This document shows positions 34,941-46,133 of a stretch of DNA of 64,000 nt, in pieces; positions within the stretch are counted from its first letter, which is position 1; every line of letters starts with the position of its first letter. The stretch is taken from positions 32,001 to 96,000 of the forward strand of contig CAWCIZ010000001.1 of NCBI GenBank assembly GCA_963795855.1, read 5' to 3'. The translations under genes and the position numbers were made by a program. Under the pieces are notes generated by a model that saw nothing but the letters and a program-made list of their open reading frames with translations, ran no database searches and was not told where the DNA came from. Origin of the DNA: Vulcanimicrobiota bacterium. GTDB lineage: Bacteria; Vulcanimicrobiota; Vulcanimicrobiia; Vulcanimicrobiales; Vulcanimicrobiaceae.

Positions 34941-35533
34941 ATGACCCTACGAAGCAGAATTCCGGCGCTGGCGATCATGCTCGCTTTCCTCTTGCCGGCC
35001 GCCGCAATGGCTCAGACGGTAACGCTGCCGCAGGGCCAGGCCATCAACGTCCAAATGCAGGACACGATCGACTCGGGTACCGCTTACGCGGGCGAGCACT
35101 TCACCGCGCAAGTGGTGGCGCCGTATCCGAACGACGACGCGGCGTTCGCGAATGCCATCGTGCACGGAACCGTCATCAAGGTCGTTCCGGCCGGTCAAGG
35201 CCGTAAAGCGGAGCTGCACTTCTCGTGGGATTCGCTGACGATGCAAAACGGCTCGACTATCCGCTCAACGCCGAAATGACGACCGGCGGCCCCTCGCAGC
35301 AGAACAAAAACGGCGGACACGTCGCCCTCACCACGATCGGCGGTATGATCGCCGGCAACATTCTCGGCAAAACGATCTTCCACACGAACGCCGGCGGCGC
35401 GCTCGGCGCGGCAACCGGTTTCCTTGTCGGCTACAACAAGAAATCCAACATCGTAATGAAGGAAGGCACGAGCTTCCAGCTGACGCTCACGCGTCCGCTC
35501 ATGGTTCGCCGCCAGGCCGGCCGCCCGTACTAA
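34941..35533 (+). CDS. Exported protein with TrbI-like beta domain and glycine zipper; indel near 35260
   Basis: Signal peptide, LPQG..I.V...DTIDS, GGMIAGNILG/GGALGAATG zipper, GT.F.L.L..PL. Confidence 0.7.
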
Positions 35534-35577
35534 CCTTTCGCGATTCACTAGCGTGCAATGGAAGCAAGAGCGCCGCG

Positions 35578-36858
35578 TCAGCGGCGCTCTTCGCGTATTG
35601 CAGGCGACGCGATTGCGACGAACGCAATCGCGAGATAACCGGCGGCGGCGACGTCCATCGCAACGTGCGGGCTGAAACGATCGGCGAGCCACCCGAACGC
35701 GACGACGCCCGGCGCCATGCCGCACAGCACGAACAACCGCACCGCGCCGAAAACGCGGCCGACTTGGTCTTCCGGCGTCACGCGCAGCCGGAATCCGACG
35801 ATTTGCGCGATCTCGAACTGCGCGCACGCGTTCGCAAGCGCCCAAAAAACGCCGGCGACCCACATATTCAAGGTCAGAACGACCGGCAAGAAAATGACGG
35901 CGTCGATCAGGTACGCAACCGAAAGCGCGCGTCCGAAAATCCAACGGTTCGCGAATTTTCCGGCAATAAGTGAGCCGCACACGGCGCCTGCAGCGGAAAT
36001 GCCCAAGAACAGCCCTACTTGCGTATCCGTTGCGTGAAAATCGCGCTTCAAAAACGGAATCAGCACCGAATACCCGCCGAATCCGAAAACGTTGAGCACG
36101 AGACTCGCATATGCTTGCGCGCGCATGCCGCGGTCGGCGAGCAACACGCGAAAGCCAAGGCGCACGTCGTCGACGACATGACGCAGTGAGGGAACGCCGC
36201 TCGGTTCATCCGGTCCGAGCGTCGGAATGCGGCTGAGCGAAAGCTGCGAGGCAAAGTACGTCGCCGCATTGATCGCGAGTGCCGGAAGCGGCCCGAACAG
36301 ACTGAACAGCGCGCCGCCCGTGACGGGCGTTATCAAATTCGACGTATTCTCGGCAGCTGCGAGGGCAGCTACCGCTTCCGTTCCGCGCTCGCGTCCCAAG
36401 AGAAACGGAATACTCGATGCCTGACCGCCCAAGAACACGGCGGCGCAGATCGCCATCAAAACGAGCCCGCCGTACAACATGCCGATGGTGAGCGCGTGTC
36501 GGGCGTAAAGCAATGCGAAGAGCACCATCACCGTGCAACGGATCGCGTCCGCACCGATCATGAGCGTGCGGCGATCGACGCGGTCCGCCAGCGAACCACC
36601 GACCAGACCGAAGAGCGCGAAGGGCGCGATTTCGCAAACGTACGATACGCCGGTCGAGAGCGCCGAGCCGGTAAGGCGAAAGACGAGCAGCGGAACCGCG
36701 AGCGTGCGCAATCCGTCACCGATGAGACTCAAGGTTTGACCGGCGTAGTATTGCCGGAAGCTGCGCGAGGCGAAGATGCCTCGCTCCGCGAGAGAAGTTG
36801 ATGCCACTTTTGCACTCCGAGGCGCGTTGAACGAAGGATGGAGAGGCGGGACGGCCAA
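35578..36858 (-). CDS. MFS transporter (DHA3/EntS-like); start uncertain
   Basis: GSLADRVDRR motif A, about 12 TM helices, P....GRV. Confidence 0.9.
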   Translation of the reverse strand: MAVPPLHPSFNAPRSAKVASTSLAERGIFASRSFRQYYAGQTLSLIGDGLRTLAVPLLVFRLTGSALSTGVSYVCEIAPFALFGLVGGSLADRVDRRTLMIGADAIRCTVMVLFALLYARHALTIGMLYGGLVLMAICAAVFLGGQASSIPFLLGRERGTEAVAALAAAENTSNLITPVTGGALFSLFGPLPALAINAATYFASQLSLSRIPTLGPDEPSGVPSLRHVVDDVRLGFRVLLADRGMRAQAYASLVLNVFGFGGYSVLIPFLKRDFHATDTQVGLFLGISAAGAVCGSLIAGKFANRWIFGRALSVAYLIDAVIFLPVVLTLNMWVAGVFWALANACAQFEIAQIVGFRLRVTPEDQVGRVFGAVRLFVLCGMAPGVVAFGWLADRFSPHVAMDVAAAGYLAIAFVAIASPAIREERR

Positions 36859-36890
36859 TTATGGGCCGGTCCTGCCTGAGAGAGGCGCGT

Positions 36891-36966
36891 TCCGGATTAG
36901 CTCAGTTGGTAGAGCAGCTGACTGTTAATCAGCGGGTCGCTGGTTCGAGTCCAGCATCCGGAGCCA
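36891..36966 (+). tRNA. tRNA-Asn(GTT)
   Basis: Acceptor stem tccggat/atccgga, D loop agttggta, anticodon loop ctGTTaa, T loop ttcgagt, encoded CCA. Confidence 0.97.
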
Positions 36967-36974
36967 TGAACGAA

Positions 36975-37000
36975 AGAGCCCTCGCACACGCGAGGGCTCT
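36975..37000 (+). terminator. Terminator-like hairpin after tRNA-Asn
   Basis: agagccctcgc-acac-gcgagggctct, then a T-rich tail. Confidence 0.75.
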
Positions 37001-37258
37001 CTTACTACTTTCACGCGCGTCACACTCCAGCATTCATCGGCCGCGCAATGCCGAAACCCTCGAAAAACTGCTGTAAATCGCTAGCGCATAGTGCGGACGA
37101 TTGTATCTACGAAACAGTTGGTCGTCCACACGGGCGGAGACGGGCGGCTCGCTCGCTTTCGCTAATCGAAAAGCCATCAAACTTGAGGAACTGGCACGCA
37201 AGTGGGCAGCCTCCTGCGGGCATCAAAAGGAAAGCCTAAAAGACGCTTCGTTCATGTC

Positions 37259-37705
37259 CTACACCGAGGGCCGTACCGGAGGCGCGTATACACGTGACCA
37301 AGCGATCCAGCCCACCACGAGTATCGCGCTCAGTTGAAGGACCGCCGAAATCAGCAGCAGCATTGCCGTCGCCTGGGTTGGCCTTGCCTGATGCAATGGC
37401 TCAACAATTAGCCGCATTGGCAAACCGACATTAAGCAGGGTGAACGCGAGCCGTGCGAGCGTTTCCGGGTAGCGTCCCTGCGTCTTAGGAAACGCTTTTC
37501 GGTTCAGCGGCAGGAGCCAAAGCGCGACGCCGATTACCGTGTTGACTAGCCACCCGACAAAGCCCATGTGTCCGTGTTCGATACCGATTATGAAGGGCAC
37601 GGGGCGCCTCAGAGCTTCCAGGCCAAGCAGGACTGCGCCGAGCAAGAACGTGAGCACGAGGTACACGATGCCGGCCTTTACAAACAGCCGCGGAACAAAC
37701 GGCAC
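37259..37705 (-). CDS. Small 4-TM His-containing membrane protein (resembles part of heme-copper oxidase subunit I)
   Basis: EHGHMGFVGW...IGVALWLLP; LLNVGL..R. Confidence 0.7.
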   Translation of the reverse strand: MPFVPRLFVKAGIVYLVLTFLLGAVLLGLEALRRPVPFIIGIEHGHMGFVGWLVNTVIGVALWLLPLNRKAFPKTQGRYPETLARLAFTLLNVGLPMRLIVEPLHQARPTQATAMLLLISAVLQLSAILVVGWIAWSRVYAPPVRPSV

Positions 37706-37830
37706 GCGTTAGTAATCCTGCATTGTATGAGCCGAAGTAATGATTTGTTCTTCAGCAGAAAGCGATCGGAAGACCGGCATATTCGACGCTCATTCTTTCC
37801 GCCGATGCCACTCTCCGGCGCGGCGCCAAC

Positions 37831-38308
37831 TTACGCAGAGATCCACCGAACGATTGCGGCTACACGGTACGCGAGCTCTCGCACGAAGCGCTCTAGGCTT
37901 GAGTGCGCGGCGCCGCGCAGCACCGTTACGTCGATCGCGCGACCGACTGCTCCAAATGGCACGGTGTACTTTCCGACCAGATTTCAGCTGTGAGCCGGAG
38001 TCGCCCGCCGTCATCAACGTGAGGAGCCCGTGGAATTCCGGATACATCGCTTCATTTTGAGCGGCTCGGATGTGCACCTGCCACTGGTTGCGCGCCTCTC
38101 CCGGAACTACTTGCGCATGAACTGCAACGCAGATAGTCGCCTCAAACGGCAAGTGCAACTGCCGCACATTTAGCGCGAGCGACGCGCGTCCTGGCGCTTG
38201 CGCAAATTCCTTTAAAATCGTTTCGAGTGCCGGCAACGCGAAGTGCGCCGGCACGCATAGGGCGGCAGAAGTGCTGACTTCGAGGCCCGATTCCTTCGTC
38301 TTTTCCAC
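37831..38308 (-). CDS. Uncharacterised SRPBCC/START-like protein, paralog 1; indel near 37985
   Basis: YPEFHGLLTL, then in the restored frame LVGKYTVPFGAVGRAIDVTVLRGAAHSSLERFVRELA. Confidence 0.6.
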
Positions 38309-38332
38309 CGCATACCACCATACCAACACCTT

Positions 38333-38360
38333 GGGAAACCAGTGGGACCGGGCGGGGAAC
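38333..38360 (-). promoter_or_regulatory. Three 11-bp-period GTTCYC-like repeats upstream of TATGGT -10
   Basis: Plus gggaaa 38333, gggacc 38344, gggaac 38355; -10 accata 38317-38322. Confidence 0.6.
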
Positions 38361-38390
38361 GCGCTGCGCGAGTGCGGAACGCTCAACGCC

Positions 38391-39510
38391 ATGGAGGACA
38401 CGCTTAATCACTCCTCGGCGCGCCTTTCGCTCTTGGACGCAGCGCCGGACGCGATGGTCGTAACGGATCATGGCGGGCGAATAGTGCTGGTCAATGCGCA
38501 AGCAGAGAAGCTGTTTGGATATGGGCGCGAAGATCTGCTTGGCCAAGCCATCGAAATTCTCGTGCCCCAGCGCTTTCGTGGACAGCACACCTCGCACCGT
38601 GATGGCTATTATCATGCTCCGCGCGTGCGGCCGATGGGCGCGGGCCTAAGATCTTTACGGACTTCGCAAAGACGGCGGTGAGTTTCCGGTCGAGATCAGC
38701 CTCAGCCCGATCAAGATACGCGGTGAGACGTACGTTTCTAGCGCCATTCGCGATATCACCACGCGAAAGCAAATCGAGAAGGCCCTGCACGAGAAAAACG
38801 TCGAGCTGCAAAATGCGAACCTTGCTAAAGATCGCTTTCTTGCCGGTATGAGCCACGAATTGCGCACGCCGTTAAATGCAATCATCGGCTTTACGGGAAC
38901 GCTCTTGATGAAGCTGCCGGGGCCTCTTACGGATGAGCAAGAGCGGCAGTTGCAGATCGTCGACTCCAGCGCGCGGCATTTGCTGTCCTTGATCAACGAC
39001 ATTTTGGACGTTGCGAAGATCGAATCGGGAAAGACCAGCATCACCCCGGAGCGCGTCGCCGTACAAGAGGTCGTCGGCGAGGTTGCCGACTCACTGCGCG
39101 CGATGGCCGAGGAGAAGCGTTTGCGGTTCGACGTCGATCTGCCGGCCGAGCCGATCATTGCCGTAACGGACCGCCGGGCGCTGCACCAGATACTGCTGAA
39201 CCTTACGAACAACGCAATAAAATACACTGAACGTGGCTCGGTAACGATCCAGGCCTATCCACCGCGTGCTGGGCGGATCACCATCGCGGTGCAAGACACC
39301 GGGGTTGGCATTCTCTCTGAAGATCGCGCTCGGCTCTTTCAGGCGTTTGAACAGCTCGATGCGTCGAGTACGCGGCGTTTCCAAGGCGTTGGCCTGGGCC
39401 TGCACTTGAGTCAGCGGCTCGCGACGCTTATCGCCGCGACTCTGGATTGTGAGAGCACCTATGGCGAGGGAAGCGTCTTCACGTTGACGCTTCCGGCGAG
39501 CATCGGATGA
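38391..39510 (+). CDS. Cytoplasmic PAS sensor histidine kinase; indel near 38650
   Basis: PAS (APDAMV...VN...E.LFGY...L.G..IE.L.P..FR..H, RKDG.EFPVEISL); SHELRTPLN, NL..NAIKY, DTG.GI, G.GLGL. Confidence 0.9.
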
Positions 39511-39875
39511 GCACGCGCATCCTGGTGATTGAAGACAACACAGCCAATCGAGATCTCATCAGCTATTTGCTACGCGCGTTCGGGTACGACGTTCAGTGCG
39601 AAACGAACGGGACCGCTGGGTTGCAGAGCGCGCTTACGGGCTCCTTCGATCTGGTGCTCAGTGATATACTCATGCCGGACATGGATGGTTACGAGTTCGC
39701 GCGCCGGTTTAAAGGGGATACGCGCGTGGCACACTCGCCGCTCGTAGCCGTGACTGCGCTCGCGATGGCGGGCGATAAAGAAAAGATACTCGCGGCGGGT
39801 TTTGACGGGTACATCTCCAAGCCCATCGAACCGCAAAAGTTTGCGGCGCAGATCGCTGCGTTCTTGGGCGGCTGA
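39507..39875 (+). CDS. Single-domain response regulator (DivK/CheY-like)
   Basis: LVIEDN, SDILMPDMDG, VTA, GFDGYISKPI. Confidence 0.93.
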   Translation: MSTRILVIEDNTANRDLISYLLRAFGYDVQCETNGTAGLQSALTGSFDLVLSDILMPDMDGYEFARRFKGDTRVAHSPLVAVTALAMAGDKEKILAAGFDGYISKPIEPQKFAAQIAAFLGG

Positions 39876-39879
39876 TAAG

Positions 39880-40248
39880 GTGGCTGATGTTCTGATCGTC
39901 GACGACGATCAAAACAACCGGCTGCTGCTCGCCACACTGCTGCGGCATGCCGGACATAAGGCAGTGGAGGCGGCAGATGCTCGCGCTGCAACCGCGACTT
40001 TGGATGATAAGATCCCAGCGCTCGTCATCGTCGACCTTTCGCTTCCCGGCATTTCCGGCGTGCAGTTGGTGCGGCAGATACGAACCAATCCGCGCACTGC
40101 AAACGTAAAAATCGCGCTGTACACGGCCACGCAGGCCGGGCCGGCGCTGGAAGAATTATGCGACGCCTACGGAATCAGCGCAGTCATTCCGAAGCCAGGG
40201 GACCCGCGCGAGATTTTGGGGGTGCTGCAGCGATTGTTGACACCGTAA
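39880..40248 (+). CDS. Single-domain response regulator
   Basis: LIVDDD, VDLSLPGISG, YTA, KP. Confidence 0.88.
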   Translation: MADVLIVDDDQNNRLLLATLLRHAGHKAVEAADARAATATLDDKIPALVIVDLSLPGISGVQLVRQIRTNPRTANVKIALYTATQAGPALEELCDAYGISAVIPKPGDPREILGVLQRLLTP

Positions 40249-40480
40249 TGAGATTGACGATTTTACGCACGCTGGCGAATTGACGCACGCGTGATTCGAT
40301 ATCGTCGCGGCGCTCGGCAGTGGCCGCGTCCCCTTCCAGCGTCACAACTCCGTGCGTTACTCCCACGACTATAGGACAGGCCGGAGCGTAGAGGCGAAGC
40401 TCGGCCGCTATCGCGGCGGCGAGGTCGATGTCGTCGAGCGGGTGTCGGTGCTTACCGCCATAAAATGGTTGAGCTGTCAT
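40184..40480 (-). CDS. BON domain protein
   Basis: D.DL...I...L, V.V..GVVTLEG, V..IVN.I.V. Confidence 0.75.
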   Translation of the reverse strand: MTAQPFYGGKHRHPLDDIDLAAAIAAELRLYAPACPIVVGVTHGVVTLEGDAATAERRDDIESRVRQFASVRKIVNLITVSTIAAAPPKSRAGPLASE

Positions 40481-40922
40481 GCGGGTTGATGCTCTCGCTT
40501 CTCACTGCGTATTCCGCCTCGATGTCGTGGGCGAAATCATCCAGTAGTCGACGCATTGTACGGTGCGCGATGCGCCGGCCGGCAACAATATCGAAGAACT
40601 TCCCAATCACAGCGTACGGGGGATCGTAAGCGCCCTCCAGTTGGAGCGTGACTCCCGAATGATGAGGACGTACCGTCAGCACGCCCCGAAAGTCGGGAAA
40701 TAATCCGGTGGTTTGCGGACGCCAGGCGATTAGAAGGGCATCGTGTTTGCGCGCTTCGTCGCTGGAATCGTGCGTGCTCGCAACGGCAAAGCGAGCCCGC
40801 TCGCCGAGCGGTGGCGCAGGCGTAAGGTAAAGGCCGGCGCGTCGATTGACGGATTTTTCCGCCAGTTCCATCGCGGCTGAAAACGGACATGCGACAAAGC
40901 GCTTTTCCCGAACCTGTGTCAT
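40452..40922 (-). CDS. Uncharacterised SRPBCC/START-like protein, paralog 2
   Basis: VACPF, FPDFRGVLTVR, LEGAYDPP..VIG..FD...G.RIA..T...LL. Confidence 0.7.
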   Translation of the reverse strand: MTQVREKRFVACPFSAAMELAEKSVNRRAGLYLTPAPPLGERARFAVASTHDSSDEARKHDALLIAWRPQTTGLFPDFRGVLTVRPHHSGVTLQLEGAYDPPYAVIGKFFDIVAGRRIAHRTMRRLLDDFAHDIEAEYAVRSESINPHDSSTILWR

Positions 40923-40947
40923 AGCGTCCTTACCGTAGCGCATCCAA

Positions 40948-40964
40948 GAGAACCACCAGGGAAC
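40948..40964 (-). promoter_or_regulatory. Direct repeat GTTCCC-N5-GTTCTC 10 nt upstream of TACGGT -10
   Basis: Plus gagaac 40948, gggaac 40959; accgta 40932-40937. Confidence 0.62.
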
Positions 40965-41163
40965 TTCTGTGCGCCTGCAGTTCCCGCAGAATTCTCGGGT
41001 GCGTTCCATCCGTCAGCGTGTGATGTACAAGAAGAAGGCGGCAAAGTCAGCGTCTTGGGCGATCGACGCGACCGCCATGCTTTTGGTTGCGCGCAATCCC
41101 GCATTGCTTTCGATCGCGCAGGGCGTCAATATCGGTTTGGAACGCGTGCTCCATAGCCTCGTC

Positions 41164-41595
41164 TCATAAACGACGTTCGAATCGTCCGCTCTTTTCTTCG
41201 AGAACGATGCGGTACATCACGGTCGGCGCCTTGTCATCTCGCGGATGAACCGTTTCGCCCGGCGGTCCGCTAAGGCAATCGGTGATCTGATCGATGAGCC
41301 AAGCGAAGCGCGAGTGCGCTTCGTCGCCGGCTATTTCTTCAAACAAGCCAGTCGCAATGACACTCTCCCAGTTGCCCACTTGGTCCATGCAATCCACTTC
41401 GAACGATACGTGCGGGTTCGCGCGCATCATATGGAGTTTCATGCCTTCGTTCGACCGAGCATACACCGCGCAGCCATCGTAGGCGTACGTAATCGGGACG
41501 ACGTAAGTCTTGCCAAACGCGTGGCACCCGATGCGTCCGATGATATTTCCGCGCAGAATGCGCTCGATCTCGCGCGTGTTAAGCTCGCCCAGCAT
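41164..41595 (-). CDS. Pyridoxamine 5'-phosphate oxidase-like flavin-binding protein
   Basis: MLGEL...EI, GRIGC, YVVPITYAY, G.K...MR.NP.V.FEVD, WESVI..G.FEE. Confidence 0.88.
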   Translation of the reverse strand: MLGELNTREIERILRGNIIGRIGCHAFGKTYVVPITYAYDGCAVYARSNEGMKLHMMRANPHVSFEVDCMDQVGNWESVIATGLFEEIAGDEAHSRFAWLIDQITDCLSGPPGETVHPRDDKAPTVMYRIVLEEKSGRFERRL

Positions 41596-41606
41596 GGTGT
41601 CTGTCC

Positions 41607-42095
41607 CTAAGCGGTTGCAACGACCTGCGCCGTTTTTGAAGGCTGACGACGTGTAGCGTGCGCGGCCCAACGGACGACCATCACCGGCACGTTGGCGTGG
41701 CGCAAAACAGCTTCCGCGACGCTGCCAAGCAGCGCACGTTTGAAGCCGGTGCGCCCATGACTGCCCATAACGATTAAATCGCAAGCATTTGCCTCGCAAT
41801 AGTCAATGATTGCCTCAACCGTTTGACCGTTCAGCGCAGTCGTTTTGGCTTGCGCGGTCGCGACGACGCCGGCAGCGGCGTCCGCCAGCACTGCCTTGGC
41901 TTCCTCTTCGAGAGCATTGTAGCAGGCTGCGCTCATCCCGGGGTCACCGAACGCCATGGCCGCCGCCTGGCTCGGATCAACGACGTTGCAGATGGTCAGC
42001 GCGGCGTGCTGCTCGCTCGCGAGCTGGGCGGCAACGTTGAGCGCCTCCAACGATCCCTGTGAGCCGTCAATGGGGCAAAGAATATGTTTGAACAC
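41607..42095 (-). CDS. Universal stress protein
   Basis: FKHILCPIDGS, DLIVMGSHGRTG...LLGSVAE.VLR.A.VPV.VV. Confidence 0.95.
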   Translation of the reverse strand: MFKHILCPIDGSQGSLEALNVAAQLASEQHAALTICNVVDPSQAAAMAFGDPGMSAACYNALEEEAKAVLADAAAGVVATAQAKTTALNGQTVEAIIDYCEANACDLIVMGSHGRTGFKRALLGSVAEAVLRHANVPVMVVRWAAHATRRQPSKTAQVVATA

Positions 42096-42132
42096 GGTTA
42101 CTCCTCCGATTTCATGAGCGTAGCAGCGACGC

Positions 42133-42191
42133 GAGAAACCAAAGAGAATCCAGCGAGGCGCCGGTTCCCGTGGGGTTCCTAAGGCGTTCCA
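42133..42191. promoter_or_regulatory. Divergent promoter region with 11-bp-period repeats on both strands
   Basis: gagaaa 42133/gagaat 42144 (towards USP, -10 agcgta 42117-42122); gttccc 42164/gttcct 42175/gttcca 42186 (towards the ABC-xfp operon). Confidence 0.62.
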
Positions 42192-42210
42192 TCAACCGCC
42201 GCATCGTAGA

Positions 42211-43026
42211 TTGGTGAAGATTCGGCGCTACCCGTATCGGCCGCGCGTCCTGTACGAGACGACGCTCGCTCACCACCTGGCGTCCCTTGCGGCGGCAATC
42301 GTGGTGGCGTTCGTGCTCACTATTGTTCTCTTGCATTTCGCGAATTCGAAAAACACCTTCGATATCAATAGGGTCTCGTTCGCTGACGTCGTCGCGGCCA
42401 CAATGAACACGTTTTTACGCATGCTGCTTGCCTACGTCGCATCGCTGGTGGTTGCCGTACCTCTCGGCCTGCTCATTGCCAGCACGCGCCAAGTTCAGCG
42501 CATTCTCCTGCCGATCGCCGATATTCTTCAGTCGATTCCTGTGCTGGCGTTCTTTCCGGTGATCGTCGTCTTTTTTACGACGTATCGAGCGTTTGAGGCG
42601 GCGGCGATCTTCGTGATCTTCGTAACAATGGTCTGGAACATCGTCTTTCCGATCGTTCAGGGCCTGCATACAATTCCTGACGACATCAATTCGGCAGCGT
42701 TTGTCTTCAATGTTCATGGATTCCGAAAGCTGCGCTACATAACGCTGCCGGCGATCGTGCCGTTCATCGTCGTCGGATCGCTCATGGCATGGGCGCAGGG
42801 ATGGACCGTAGTCATCGTGGCCGAGGTGCTTCACACCTACATCCCCGCCGGCAACATCGCGCAGGATTTGCTGGGCCTCGGAAGCCTGCTCGTTGACTCG
42901 AACGCTCAAGGCCACGCGGCCGTCTTCGCAGCAGCTCTGGCGGCCATGATCGTACTCGTTGCGTTGATGAATTTTCTCGTGTGGCAGCCGCTGCTCGCGT
43001 TTTCGCAAAGATATCGGTTCGATTAG
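42211..43026 (+). CDS. ABC transporter permease, NitT/TauT family
   Basis: DILQSIPVLAFFP, EAA-like loop (AA.VF...G..KL..I.LPA..P), multiple TM helices. Confidence 0.88.
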   Translation: MVKIRRYPYRPRVLYETTLAHHLASLAAAIVVAFVLTIVLLHFANSKNTFDINRVSFADVVAATMNTFLRMLLAYVASLVVAVPLGLLIASTRQVQRILLPIADILQSIPVLAFFPVIVVFFTTYRAFEAAAIFVIFVTMVWNIVFPIVQGLHTIPDDINSAAFVFNVHGFRKLRYITLPAIVPFIVVGSLMAWAQGWTVVIVAEVLHTYIPAGNIAQDLLGLGSLLVDSNAQGHAAVFAAALAAMIVLVALMNFLVWQPLLAFSQRYRFD

Positions 43027-43766
43027 TCGCAGTTATTGCACTTTCGAACGTCAGCAAATCATACGAATCGCCACCGCTCTTGGTTGTACGCGAGTTTTCA
43101 CTAACGATTGATGACGGGGAGTTTCTCTGTTTGGTAGGCCCGTCTGGGTGCGGCAAGTCCACCGTTCTCAAGATGATTGCGGGCATAGAACAGCCGACGA
43201 GCGGTACGGTCACTAAACCGGCGCACGTGGGTATGGTGTTTCAATCGTATGCACTTTTTCCGTGGATGACCGCTGAGGAGAACATCGAGTTTGCCGCACG
43301 CATGCAGAACATTCCAGAACGCGAAGCTAGGCAGCGAACGTCGCGGTATCTGGCCATGGTACACCTGGAAGCGTTCGCGAAGAAATACCCGAGGGAACTC
43401 TCCGGCGGTCAGCGGCAGCGCGTGGGCATCGCGCGAGCACTCGCGGTGGATTCAAAGGTGCTGTTGATGGACGAGCCGTTTGCTGCGCTCGATCCGGTTA
43501 TCACGGATGAGTTGCATGCGGATCTGCTGCTGATCTGGCAAAGTACGCACAAGACGATCGTGATGGTCTCGCACCACTTCGACGAAGCGGTAGCGTTGGC
43601 CGATCGTATCGCCGTAATGCGCGACGGGAGATTGGAGCGCATTGTGTCGGTTGCCCTTCCGAGGCCGCGCAATGAAGAGGATGTGGCGTTCTTGCAGCAC
43701 GTCAAAGAAATTCGCCGGTGTCTGGGCTCCTTTCCGAGTCTAGCGCCGGATGCCGTGAGGAGCTGA
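42981..43766 (+). CDS. ABC transporter ATP-binding protein, NitT/TauT family (true start probably near 43030)
   Basis: [27 protein letters not shown]. Confidence 0.92.
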   Translation: MAAAARVFAKISVRLVAVIALSNVSKSYESPPLLVVREFSLTIDDGEFLCLVGPSGCGKSTVLKMIAGIEQPTSGTVTKPAHVGMVFQSYALFPWMTAEENIEFAARMQNIPEREARQRTSRYLAMVHLEAFAKKYPRELSGGQRQRVGIARALAVDSKVLLMDEPFAALDPVITDELHADLLLIWQSTHKTIVMVSHHFDEAVALADRIAVMRDGRLERIVSVALPRPRNEEDVAFLQHVKEIRRCLGSFPSLAPDAVRS

Positions 43767-43768
43767 CA

Positions 43769-46133
43769 ATGCTAACAACGCAATCGCCGGTCGGAGAACT
43801 TCAGATTCTCGATGCATATTGGCGCGCAGCCAATTACTTGAGCGTTGGGCAGATCTATCTGCTCGATAACCCACTGTTACGCGAACCGCTGCGTCTCGAG
43901 CACATCAAACCGCGGCTGCTGGGGCATTGGGGCACCTCGCCGGGGCTGAATCTTGTCTACGCACACATGGACCGTGTCATCAAGCGCGAGAATCTGAATG
44001 CGATCTTCATTGCGGGTCCTGGCCACGGTGGGCCAGCCGTCGTTGCAAACGCGTACTTGGAAGGCACGTACAGCGAGAAGTATCCACGCATCACCCAAGA
44101 CGAGGATGGAATGCGCGCGCTTTTCCGGCAGTTCTCATTTCCCGGCGGCATCCCGAGCCACGCCTCGCCCGATGCGCCCGGTTCGATTCACGAGGGCGGC
44201 GAGCTGGGATACAGCTTGCTGCACGCGTACGGCGCGGTGTTCGATAACCCCGAACTCATCGCGTGTTGCGTCGTAGGGGACGGCGAAGCGGAGACCGGTG
44301 CACTCGCCACGAGTGGCATAGCAACAAGTTTTTGAATCCCTCTCGTGATGGCGCCGTGCTGCCGGTTTTGCATCTGAACGGATACAAGATCGCTGGCCCA
44401 ACGGTCCTTGCGCGCATTGAAGACTCCGAACTCATTGCACTGTTGCGAGGCTACGGTTACGAGCCGGCCATAGTCGCCGGTGATGAGCCGCAAGCGGTGC
44501 ACGAGTCATTTGCGAGGACGCTGGACGAGGCGTTGGATCGCATCCATGAAATACAATCAACGGCGCGAGCGTCGGGATTCCAGAAACGGTCCGCGTGGCC
44601 TATGATCGTGCTGCGAACGCCGAAGGGCTGGACGGGTCCCAAAATAGTCGACGGCGTCCAAGTCGAGGGCACGTTTCGCGCGCATCAAGTGCCGCTTGCC
44701 GACTTCGATACGAAGCCGGCTCACCTGCGCATGCTCGAAGAGTGGATGCACTCGTACCGTCCTGAAGAGCTGTTCGACGAATCGGGCAAACTGCGCGAAG
44801 TTATAGCCGCTGCCGCACCGTGCGGCACCAGTCGCATGAGTGCCAACCCAAACGCCAATGGCGGGGAAGTACTCAGGCGACTCGTCGTGCCGGATTTCCG
44901 CAGCTATGCGCTCGACGTCGCTTCGCCGGGGACAGTGATGCACGAGAGCATGCGCACGGCGGGGAGCTCCTGCGCGATGTATTACGGCCAAAATCCTGAT
45001 TGTTTTCGGCTCTTTGCGCCAGACGAAGCGGCCTCGAATCGCTTAAATGCCGTATTTGAAGTGGCAGAGCGGTGTTCGACGGCGACCGTATTGCCCACCG
45101 ACGATCATGTGTCCGCCAAGGGGCGCGTTATGGAGATTCTGAGCGAACATTGCTGCGAAGGCTGGCTTGAGGGCTATCTGCTCACCGGACGGTACGGCGT
45201 GTTCACGTCGTACGAGGCGTTCATCCATATTGTTGATTCAATGTTCAATCAGCACGCAAAGTGGCTTGCGTCATCAAAACGCATCCCTTGGCGACGCCCC
45301 ATCGCGTCCCTGAACTATCTCCTCAGTTCGCATGTCTGGCGCCAGGATCACAACGGCTTCACACATCAGGATCCCGGCTTTTTGGATGTGGTCGTGAACA
45401 AAGGCGCCGACGTGGTGCGCGTTTACCTTCCCCCGGATGCCAATACACTGCTATCAGTCCTCGATCACTCCCTGCGCAGCATGAACTACATCAACGTCAT
45501 CATTGCGGGAAAGCAGCCGGAGTTGCAGTGGCTCGACATGGATGCCGCCGTCAAGCATTGCACGAGGGCGTGGGCATCTGGACCTGGGCGAGCAGCGACG
45601 AAGGAACCGAGCCGGACGTGGTGCTCGCGTGTGCGGGCGACGTGCCGACCCTGGAAACGCTTGCGGCCGCGGATTTCCTGCGAACTGCACTTCCAGAAAT
45701 GCGCGTTCGCATCGTCAACGTCGTCGATTTGATGACGCTCCAGCCGAATACGGAGCATCCGCACGGGCTTTCCGACAGGGAATTCGACTCCATATTTACG
45801 GCGGACAAGCCGATCGTGTTCGCTTTTCACGGCTATCCTTGGCTTATTCACCGCCTAACGTATCGCCGAACGAATCATTGCAATTTGCACGTGCGCGGAT
45901 ATAAGGAGCAGGGCACAACCACGACACCCTTCGACATGGTCGTACTCAACGAGATGGATCGCTTCCATCTCGCCGGAGATGCGATCGATCGCGTACCGCG
46001 CCTGACTGATCGCGCGGGGCATGTCAAGCAGCTGATCCGCGACAGATTGGTCGAGCACCGGCTGTACATTGAGAAGTACGGCCAAGACATGCCGGACATT
46101 CGCGACTGGCGATGGACGCAGGCAAAGCAGTGA
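43769..46133 (+). CDS. xfp: Phosphoketolase (Xfp); indels near 44310, 44960-44985 and 45570
   Basis: [73 protein letters not shown]. Confidence 0.93.

Noticed and set aside
41012..41154. Possible frameshifted microprotein (MEHAFQ.../...FFLYITR)
   Set aside because: Needs an assumed indel and has no recognisable motif
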